From assembly GCA_028345515.1 (NCBI GenBank), contig JAOMDP010000010.1:563-64562 (forward strand): a stretch of DNA of 64,000 bases. Direction: 5' to 3'. This DNA is from Nitrospinota bacterium (GTDB lineage: Bacteria; Nitrospinota; Nitrospinia; Nitrospinales; VA-1). A program made the translations under genes and the position numbers. Below are positions 56,817 to 64,000 of this stretch, piece after piece. Each line of letters starts with the position of its first letter. Position 1 is the stretch's first letter. The notes under the pieces were generated by a model. That model worked only from the letters and a program-made list of their open reading frames with translations. It searched no databases and was not told where the DNA came from.

Positions 56817-57938
56817 TCAGGCTAATGGCATGACTTTTAGTAACCTGAAACTGACAGGAAGCTCTGTCAATATAGATAGGTTGAATAAATTTGTTTCAAA
56901 TTCTTGGTCAATGGTAATAATCTGGTTTTTTAAAGTCCGGTTAAACTTCGGGTTAAAAGATTGATCATTAATTTTTAGAGTTATGTTTTCTGGTAAGTTA
57001 TCAAATTCCAGCTCGATTTTAATAGAGTTTACCTTGTCTCCATACCAGGGAAATTTTATATGTGTTTCGCCTTGGCAAAATTGCGAATTATGAATATTTG
57101 GCTTTATCTTATTAAAAAGGAGAAAGGATTTTAGATTGTATGCAAGTTTAAAAGGTAAAGAAAAGGGTTGAGGTACATCCTCGAGCGCCCAGGAAAAAAA
57201 TAACCCTAGGGTCGACCTTGGAAACCATGAGCCTGTATGTTTTCTGGCAACCCGCCAATGTTCAAACAAGCGTGATAGCCCGCCACTTGATGTTTTGGTT
57301 TTCGGGTGAACTCTTGCGGCTGAGTATAAATCATCCACCTTCAACCATATTGCTTTTTCCCTAATGAACCTGAACCATAAGTCCCAATCCATAACATAAT
57401 GTAAGGTTGGGTCAATCCCTCCCAGTTTTTCCAAAAGATTACGACGAAAAAAAACAGTAGGCTGTAATATGTCAAGTTGTAAATGGTTCGACATTGGTTT
57501 ATCAAAATCAAGGTTTTCTGGAAAAGGAATTTTAAATCCTCCGTCCTGATAAAGATGAACCCCCCTACCACTGACAACTTGGGTGGAAGGGTTTTCCGAA
57601 AATCTTTGACGTACTTGATCTAGTGCGTGTGGGAAGAAAATGTCATCTGAGTTCAACCAACAAATAATATCTCCTTTGGCTTTTATAAAACCTTTGTTTA
57701 TAGCATCACTTTGTCCACGATCTTTTTCCCTTATGATTGTGCAACGATTTGCCCACTGATTGAGAATATCTAAAGTCCCATCTGTGGACATGGCATCAAA
57801 AACCAGTACTTCCAACCCTTCAGAGTTATTGTGATCTAAAATGCTAGTTAATGTTTGTTTAAGCGTATTAGCTTGGTTAAAACTGGGAATTACTACTGTT
57901 ATCGAGGGAATATTAATTAAGGAAATAGGATCATCCAT
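56817..57938 (-). CDS. Family 2 glycosyltransferase with a C-terminal extension
   Basis: VVIPSFNQANTL, FDAMSTDGT and the NSDD (DxD-like) motif. Confidence 0.85.
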   Translation of the reverse strand: MDDPISLINIPSITVVIPSFNQANTLKQTLTSILDHNNSEGLEVLVFDAMSTDGTLDILNQWANRCTIIREKDRGQSDAINKGFIKAKGDIICWLNSDDIFFPHALDQVRQRFSENPSTQVVSGRGVHLYQDGGFKIPFPENLDFDKPMSNHLQLDILQPTVFFRRNLLEKLGGIDPTLHYVMDWDLWFRFIREKAIWLKVDDLYSAARVHPKTKTSSGGLSRLFEHWRVARKHTGSWFPRSTLGLFFSWALEDVPQPFSLPFKLAYNLKSFLLFNKIKPNIHNSQFCQGETHIKFPWYGDKVNSIKIELEFDNLPENITLKINDQSFNPKFNRTLKNQIITIDQEFETNLFNLSILTELPVSFRLLKVMPLA

Positions 57939-58001
57939 GAGGAGGTATTAAATATAAGGGATTTGCTTGAGCTGATAAAAATTAAAAAAATTTTCTCTAA
58001 T

Positions 58002-58949
58002 TTAATTTTTTCTGTGCTTTAAAAAATCCTGGTAAGTCTTTTCGATTCCATCTTCCAGTTTTGTTGTTGCTTGCCAACCAAGGTGTTTCAGCCGTTCAAC
58101 TGAAACTAATTTGCGTGGGGTGCCATCTGGTTTGTCCACATCAAAAACTATTTCACCTTTGAAACCTACTATATTCATTATCATTTCCGCTAGTCTCCGG
58201 ATTGAAATTTCTGCACCAGTACCTATATTGAATATTCCATTATTTATATTATTTTCCATCATAAAAATTAAAGCATCTGCAGCGTCATCAACATATAGAA
58301 ACTCACGTATAGGCTTGCCACTTCCCCACACAATCAATTGCTTGTCGCTACGTATCTTTGCCTCATGGGCTTTTCTAATCAAGGCTGGTAATACATGACT
58401 GTTATTTAGGTCATAATTATCATTGATACCAAAAAGATTTGTAGGCATAGAAGATACGTATTGAGTCGCATATTGCCGATTGTAGTTTTCGCACATTTTG
58501 ATACCGGCAATTTTAGAAATTGCATAGGGTTCATTGGTGGGTTCGAGCGATCCTGTCAAAAGGTATTCTTCTTTCATAGGCTGTGGACAGTTTCTAGGAT
58601 AAATGCAGGTTGACCCTAAAAAACTTAGGCGCTGGACACCGGCCATATAGGCTCCGTGAATTATGTTGGTCTCAAGAGCCAAATTTTCATAAATAAACTG
58701 GGCTCTAAATGTGTCGTTTGCATGGATACCACCAACTTTGGCCGCTGCTAAAAAAATGTAGCTGGGTTTTTCGTCTTTTAAAAATGAAAAAACTGCTTTC
58801 TGATTAAGAAGATCGAGTTCTTCTCTAGTTCGGGTTAGCAAATTATTGTAACCTTTTTTTAAGAGATCTCTAACAATTGCAGATCCGACCATGCCAAGAT
58901 GACCGGCGATAAAAATTTTATCTTTTTTGTTTATTTTTTGGGATGCCAT
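58002..58949 (-). CDS. fcl: GDP-L-fucose synthase
   Basis: IFIAGHLGMVGSAI, the catalytic YAISKIAG, and PTNLFGINDNYDLNNSHVLPALIRK. Confidence 0.93.
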   Translation of the reverse strand: MASQKINKKDKIFIAGHLGMVGSAIVRDLLKKGYNNLLTRTREELDLLNQKAVFSFLKDEKPSYIFLAAAKVGGIHANDTFRAQFIYENLALETNIIHGAYMAGVQRLSFLGSTCIYPRNCPQPMKEEYLLTGSLEPTNEPYAISKIAGIKMCENYNRQYATQYVSSMPTNLFGINDNYDLNNSHVLPALIRKAHEAKIRSDKQLIVWGSGKPIREFLYVDDAADALIFMMENNINNGIFNIGTGAEISIRRLAEMIMNIVGFKGEIVFDVDKPDGTPRKLVSVERLKHLGWQATTKLEDGIEKTYQDFLKHRKN

Positions 58950-58952
58950 AGA

Positions 58953-60041
58953 TTACTCGTGACGGTTATAGGCCTCAAAACCGTGTTTTTTTGCTAACTC
59001 GTCACGCTCAGCTGACTTTAGATCTTCGCGCATCATTTCTGATACCAATTCCTTAAAGGTTATTTTTGGAGCCCAACCTAACTTTTCTTTGGCTTTAGCA
59101 GCATCGCCTAGCAGGTTGTCAACTTCAGTGGGACGGAAATAACGCTCATCAATGGCAACGATGCATTTTCCTTCCTCATCGTAGCCTTTTTCATCAGAGC
59201 CTTTTCCTTTCCATTTGATACTCATGCCAATTTCTTCGCCAGCGGCTTCTACAAATTCTCTTACGCTGTATTGAATCCCGGTTGCAACAACGAAGTCCTC
59301 GGGATGGTCTTGTTGTAGAATCAACCATTTTACTTCTACATAATCTTTGGCATGGCCCCAATCTCTTTTTGCATCTAAGTTTCCAAGGTATAAGCAGTCT
59401 TGCATGCCCAGTTTGATCCTTGCTAAACCGCGGGTGATTTTACGCGTAACAAATGTCTCACCCCGCACAGGGCTTTCGTGATTAAACAAGATGCCATTGC
59501 AGGCAAACATATTATAGGCTTCGCGATAATTGACCGTAATCCAGTAAGCGTAGAGTTTAGCGACAGCATATGGACTGCGAGGATAAAACGGAGTGTTCTC
59601 TTTTTGCGGTATCTCTTGGGCCAGCCCATAAAGTTCAGATGTAGAGGCTTGATAGAAACGCGTTTTTTTTTGCAATTCTAATATACGCATTGCCTCCAAT
59701 ATTCTTAGGGTGCCCAAGGCATCCGAATTGGCAGTGTACTCGGGTTCCTCAAAAGATACTGCGACATGGCTTTGTGCTGCGAGATTGTAAATTTCATCTG
59801 GTTTAACTTTTTGGATAATGTGGAGTAGGCTACTAGAATCTGTCATATCTCCGTAGTGCAACATAAAGTTACGGTTGTTAACATGTGGATCCTGATAAAG
59901 ATGGTCAATTCGGTCTGTGTTAAAAAGTGAAGTCCGGCGTTTTATGCCGTGAACAACATAATTTTTTTTTAAAAGAAACTCAGCCAGGTAAGAACCATCT
60001 TGGCCGGTGATCCCCGTGATAAGAGCAATTTTTTGTTTCAT
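58953..60041 (-). CDS. gmd: GDP-mannose 4,6-dehydratase
   Basis: [37 protein letters not shown] and [15 protein letters not shown]. Confidence 0.96.
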   Translation of the reverse strand: MKQKIALITGITGQDGSYLAEFLLKKNYVVHGIKRRTSLFNTDRIDHLYQDPHVNNRNFMLHYGDMTDSSSLLHIIQKVKPDEIYNLAAQSHVAVSFEEPEYTANSDALGTLRILEAMRILELQKKTRFYQASTSELYGLAQEIPQKENTPFYPRSPYAVAKLYAYWITVNYREAYNMFACNGILFNHESPVRGETFVTRKITRGLARIKLGMQDCLYLGNLDAKRDWGHAKDYVEVKWLILQQDHPEDFVVATGIQYSVREFVEAAGEEIGMSIKWKGKGSDEKGYDEEGKCIVAIDERYFRPTEVDNLLGDAAKAKEKLGWAPKITFKELVSEMMREDLKSAERDELAKKHGFEAYNRHE

Positions 60042-60808
60042 ATTTTAGAATTATCCAATTTTTTAATCCATTCCTTCTTGTAATGCCATAAAACAAGATA
60101 TCCTTTAATGGTCCGAAGAAATTTCATTTTACTTTTGCCTTTTCTTAGAGAAGAGTCTAATTCCATTGCCACTTCGGATAGAGATAGCTTTAACATGGCA
60201 ATTTTCATTACCATCTCAACCATACTTTCAAATCCGCTACGATCCAAGATTCCAGATCCAAAAACCCTTTGCATTTTAATTAGTGCTTTTGCTCGATACA
60301 AACGGAAAAAAGAGCTTACAGTGAGAATTCCTTGAATTCCCAGTAAGTCTTTGACAACCAGATTAGCGCCACTGCTAAGTATTTTGCGGAAAAAAGTGGT
60401 TTGTTTAATACCACCCCCATACATATATGGACTTGCGAGCACTATATCAAAACCTTCCTGACTTCGAGTTAGCATTTGTTTTATTAACTCACATCGAGAA
60501 GTATTGTCACCTTCCATGGTGATTACCCAATCTTGTTCTTCCATATGTTGGGCCAAATAGGCAAAGCCAGTAGCAAACGCTGCGCCTGGTCCAATATTTT
60601 TTTCATGCTGTAGGATGATAAGATCAAGATCTCCAACTTCTTGTTTAGCGAAGATTACGGTTTGGTCTTCGCTGCCATCATCAACCAAAATATACTGAAG
60701 AGAAAAACGATCTTCTAGTTCTGCACGCAATTTCAAAAAAGCTTCGAACAGTGTAGCAATATTTAAGGCTTCATTGAAAACCGGTACCAATATAAATAAA
60801 CGTTCCAA
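60038..60808 (-). CDS. Family 2 glycosyltransferase (polyprenol-phosphate sugar transferase-like)
   Basis: [20 protein letters not shown] and MEGDNTS. TTG start. It overlaps the gmd start by 4 nt. Confidence 0.8.
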   Translation of the reverse strand: MERLFILVPVFNEALNIATLFEAFLKLRAELEDRFSLQYILVDDGSEDQTVIFAKQEVGDLDLIILQHEKNIGPGAAFATGFAYLAQHMEEQDWVITMEGDNTSRCELIKQMLTRSQEGFDIVLASPYMYGGGIKQTTFFRKILSSGANLVVKDLLGIQGILTVSSFFRLYRAKALIKMQRVFGSGILDRSGFESMVEMVMKIAMLKLSLSEVAMELDSSLRKGKSKMKFLRTIKGYLVLWHYKKEWIKKLDNSKI

Positions 60809-60815
60809 AATCTAT

Positions 60816-61826
60816 TTACCTCAGGCAAACAGGAATATGGGGGGTTTCAATTTCCAATTCTTTGCGTCGAGCAATCTGCCAATTAATAGTGCGACACAGT
60901 CCATCTTCCAAATCTACTTCGGGTTCGAAGCCGAGAAGAGAACGGGCACGGGTGATATCTGGAATTCGTCGCATGACATCTTCATATTTTCCGAATGTGG
61001 CATAAGGAATGAGTTTAATTTTCGCAGGCGCGTCACCACGTATCAATTTCCAGATGAGTTTTGCCAAATCTAAAATACTAATTTCAAATGTATTTCCTAT
61101 ATTAAAAACTTTATTATTAGCAGCTTGATTTTCAATGGTACGTATAATTCCATTTATATGATCGGAAATATAAGTAAACGATCTGGTCTGTAAACCATCA
61201 CCATGCACTTCGATTTCTTCATTATCAAGTGCCTTATTAATAAAAACTGACTGAGGTCCTCCCCACCAAGTCAGATTTTGGTTGGGCCCATACCCTCCAA
61301 AAAACCTTATAGGAACTACATCAATTCCGAAACGTTGGTTGTAAGCAAAAAGCATTTGTTCTTCAAACATTTTTGAAATCGCGTAAGCCCATCTTTTGAT
61401 TTGAGGATTACCCATGACAAGATTTGCCTCTTCATTAAAGGGGACATCAGGGTTCTTTCCATATACGTCAGATGTCGAAGCAGCAACTACTTTCGCGTCT
61501 TGGTCCAAAGCGGCCTTGAGAACATTTTCTGAACCAATAGAATTTATTGTCAATGTATCCAAGGCATCTGTATAGCGAGGAATCTTATATGCAGCCAAAT
61601 GGACCATTACTCTACATCCTTCTGCTGCAACCTTTAAGGCAGTTTCATCTCGAATATCAATATAATGTATTTCAAAAGAAGGGTGCTTTATCAATCTACT
61701 AAGGTTCAGTTTCTCACCTTGGGACATGTTGTCTATACCGACTACATGATAACCTTTTTCTATTAGGCTGTGAGCAAGATTGGAACCTATAAACCCTGCT
61801 GCTCCAGTGATTAAAATTCGCTCCAT
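60816..61826 (-). CDS. NAD-dependent sugar-nucleotide epimerase/dehydratase (extended SDR)
   Basis: ILITGAAGFIGSNLA, the catalytic YAISKMFEE, and ASTSDVYG. Substrate not assignable by eye. Confidence 0.85.
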   Translation of the reverse strand: MERILITGAAGFIGSNLAHSLIEKGYHVVGIDNMSQGEKLNLSRLIKHPSFEIHYIDIRDETALKVAAEGCRVMVHLAAYKIPRYTDALDTLTINSIGSENVLKAALDQDAKVVAASTSDVYGKNPDVPFNEEANLVMGNPQIKRWAYAISKMFEEQMLFAYNQRFGIDVVPIRFFGGYGPNQNLTWWGGPQSVFINKALDNEEIEVHGDGLQTRSFTYISDHINGIIRTIENQAANNKVFNIGNTFEISILDLAKLIWKLIRGDAPAKIKLIPYATFGKYEDVMRRIPDITRARSLLGFEPEVDLEDGLCRTINWQIARRKELEIETPHIPVCLR

Positions 61827-62457
61827 CTTGTTTACTTTCCTTTGCTTTTTTTAATGAGCTAGGCTAATTTTCATGAGGTCATTTTTACCATTTTTGAAAA
61901 TATATTTTTACCTGCTTGGAGAATCAGTTGAAATTCGAGAGGCTTCTTTTTGAGCGTTCTGCTAAGTTTAATCGTCGAATTTTTCAATAAACTTTAGAAA
62001 ATGTAAATTTTCTCACGCAGTAAAAAAACGCGTTCTTGCTTTTTTATTTTGCTGGAGAAGGCCAAGCCAAAAAGGAGCATGACCTATTTAAGGAGACAAG
62101 GATTGATTAATAAAAACCAAAAAAGACTTCTTTAAAAAAACTTATAAATAAGACATAAATGGATAAATCAAGATTGTAAACTCAAAAATACTTAGGTATT
62201 TAGAGTTTTTAACCGAAAAGTAGAAGTATCGTAAATTATCTAAAAGAAAATCTTGAGTTCAAAAATAGCCGATAAAACGGTTTTTTAAAGTGAGTTTTAA
62301 TTAGACTTTTTCTTATCGGACAGAAACCCCTTTTTGCAGCCAACCTTGCGGAGTATAATAACAGCTAGGTTCTTATTTCTCAACCAGATACTTGGTTGGC
62401 GTCTCAACTAGTATTTTACCAGGCAGATAAGGTAAGATCTAAAAGTTTAAATAATTA

Positions 62458-63525
62458 ATGAAAATAAAAAGGACTAAAAATAGATATATTTTCCTAAGAA
62501 TAAAAATCGCATTGTCAATGCTTTTGAAAGGGAAAGTTTCGTGTAAAAAGTTAATAAATGCTGTCCACTGCTGGTTTGCTCAAAAATTTCGTTTTACCAA
62601 AGCCTCGGCGTTCCCATTCATGATCAATTTTGAATTGTGGAATGAATGCAATGCCCAATGCACATTTTGCAGGACAGAAGATGGGGACATATATGACCTT
62701 AATCCAGCAAATTTAGGGAAGGCTCCTATTCCAAAAGGAAAAATGTCTCTAGATATGTATAAAGATATAATTGAGCAATCTATGGACCATATTCTTATTG
62801 CAGTCCTTTATGTGAACGGCGAGCCCTTGATGTACACAGATTTATATAAAGCCATTGAATTTGCATCGGACCGCAAAGTTGCGACCTTAATTTCTACCAA
62901 TGGCGAGCTTTTGACAGAACAAAACATTCAGAAACTTCTCGATTCTGGTTTGGATTTTATAAAAATTGCAATAAGCGGTTTTTCTCAAGGAATTTTTAAA
63001 GTCCAACATCGAGGCTGCGATATTGAAAAGATAAAGCAGAATTTAAGAAATTTGGCTCGGTTAAGAGATGAAGGCGGGAATAAAATTTTGGTGATGCTTG
63101 ATTATATTTATTATGAATACAATGCGCATGAATATCAGTCAACTCTTGAGTTAGGCCAGGAGTTGGATTTTATAGTAAGTCGGAGGCCAGGTAATTTACA
63201 CAAACTATCTGAAGACCATCCCGACTTAGCCATTCACGAGAAACCTCAAGAAGAAACACCTCAACTTCCTATAAAAGATCTTTGCGATTGGCCATGGAAA
63301 GTTATGACCGTAAACTGGGATGGAGGAATTTATCCCTGCTGTGACTACGTTGTGTGGGGCGATCAGCCACCCAATGACATATTTGAAGTTGGAAAGAGCA
63401 ATATTAAAGAGATTTGGAATGGACCAACAGTCCTTGATAACAGAACAACTCATATGACCAAAGGGCGAGGAGGTTATGATATTTGTTCCAAATGCACCAG
63501 GACTGGCACAGCTTTTAAATTTTAA
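62458..63525 (+). CDS. Radical SAM enzyme with a Cys-rich SPASM/twitch-like C-terminus
   Basis: Cluster motif CNAQCTFC (CxxxCxxC), GGEP-like VNGEPLM, and the C-terminal CDWPWKVMTVNWDGGIYPCCDY ... CSKCTRTG. Confidence 0.8.
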   Translation: MKIKRTKNRYIFLRIKIALSMLLKGKVSCKKLINAVHCWFAQKFRFTKASAFPFMINFELWNECNAQCTFCRTEDGDIYDLNPANLGKAPIPKGKMSLDMYKDIIEQSMDHILIAVLYVNGEPLMYTDLYKAIEFASDRKVATLISTNGELLTEQNIQKLLDSGLDFIKIAISGFSQGIFKVQHRGCDIEKIKQNLRNLARLRDEGGNKILVMLDYIYYEYNAHEYQSTLELGQELDFIVSRRPGNLHKLSEDHPDLAIHEKPQEETPQLPIKDLCDWPWKVMTVNWDGGIYPCCDYVVWGDQPPNDIFEVGKSNIKEIWNGPTVLDNRTTHMTKGRGGYDICSKCTRTGTAFKF

Positions 63526-63598
63526 ATAAGTCATTTGCTTATAGAGTTTTTTTAAATAGCATAATTAAAAAATACTTTAATTCTTAATAAATATAAAA

Positions 63599-64000
63599 AT
63601 GCCAACTAATACTCAGTTTGAAAAAAAAGCTGTTCAACCTATTACACTCTCCATGATTTTTTCCTTTCGGAATGAAGAAGATGTCTTGGATAAGCTAGTC
63701 ACTCGAGTTAGAAATGTTTTGAATTCAGAGAAGAAAAAAAATGTGCTTAAAAACTACGAGTTGATTTTTATTAATGATCAGTCAACTGATCGGTCCGAAG
63801 ACATATTAAAAATCTTGGATAAAAATCATGGCGATATTAAAATCATCAGTATGTCTAGAAATTTTGGTGTATCACCCTGCGTGATGGCTGGTTTAAAGTA
63901 TGCAAAAGGGGATGCGGCTATTTATATGGATGCTGATTTACAAGACCCTCCTGAAATAATACCACGTATGCTTGAAGCTTGGCAGCAAGGGGATAATATA
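63599..64000 (+). CDS. Family 2 glycosyltransferase (ArnC/polyprenol-phosphate transferase-like), 5' part; runs off the window
   Basis: Own translation from the ATG at 63599 gives MPTNTQFEKKAVQPITLSMIFSFRNEEDVL...FINDQSTDRS...YMDADLQDPPE (DxD). Confidence 0.8.
   Translation, partial: MPTNTQFEKKAVQPITLSMIFSFRNEEDVLDKLVTRVRNVLNSEKKKNVLKNYELIFINDQSTDRSEDILKILDKNHGDIKIISMSRNFGVSPCVMAGLKYAKGDAAIYMDADLQDPPEIIPRMLEAWQQGDNI

Noticed and set aside
62078-62134. Tiny ORFs (MTYLRRQGLINKNQKRLL and a nested TTG-initiated 10-mer) upstream of the radical SAM gene as RiPP precursor candidates
   Set aside because: The SD-to-start spacing is too short for the ATG. The peptides have no Cys/Ser/Thr-rich core or leader-like features, and they lie about 330 nt from the enzyme gene. 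There is no supporting evidence.
1-64000. Search for CRISPR arrays, IS elements/transposases, integrases, phage genes, toxin-antitoxin pairs and rRNA
   Set aside because: I saw no repeat-spacer architecture, and no ORF with DDE/tyrosine/serine recombinase or phage structural motifs. This was a by-eye search only, so short or degenerate elements could be missed.

Overview
AT-rich chromosomal segment from a Gram-negative-type bacterium (BamE-like lipoprotein, Slt-type lytic transglycosylase, sigma54 NtrB/NtrC pair). I cannot place it taxonomically from sequence alone. About 85-90% of the window is tightly packed core genes. These include ychF, a NarK-like transporter, rng and rodA. They also include the ffh-rpsP-KH-rimM-trmD-(SPOUT-like)-rplS block, rnhB-recJ, a MacB-type ABC exporter and Moco genes (moaB, moeB-rhodanese). 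Further along are PMM/PGM, cysD-cysN-ferredoxin, cysS, a long-form dCTP deaminase, scpB-rluB, msrB, a miaA-containing operon and an ilvE-FmdB-NtrB-NtrC operon. tRNA-Lys(TTT) and tRNA-Glu(TTC) lie at about 55.9-56.1 kb. An accessory GDP-fucose / glycosyltransferase / radical-SAM glycan locus fills the rest of the window. I found no rRNA, CRISPR array, transposase, integrase or prophage genes. Most noteworthy observations: (1) a two-ORF cassette next to the tRNAs is a GIY-YIG nuclease whose GIY strand lies out of frame upstream of its ATG; (2) one 1052-codon frame fuses MiaA to a membrane-anchored Slt70-like lytic transglycosylase; (3) an active plus catalytically dead pair of AstE/AspA-family genes is co-transcribed with the NtrB/NtrC-like regulators; (4) a 0.93-kb AT-rich gene desert holds a cluster of DnaA-box 9-mers and is a candidate oriC; (5) CysN carries a degenerate APS-kinase-like tail; (6) a queC remnant is cut off exactly at a convergent reductase gene. 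None of these proves a new system. All rest on motif reading by eye and need database or experimental checks.
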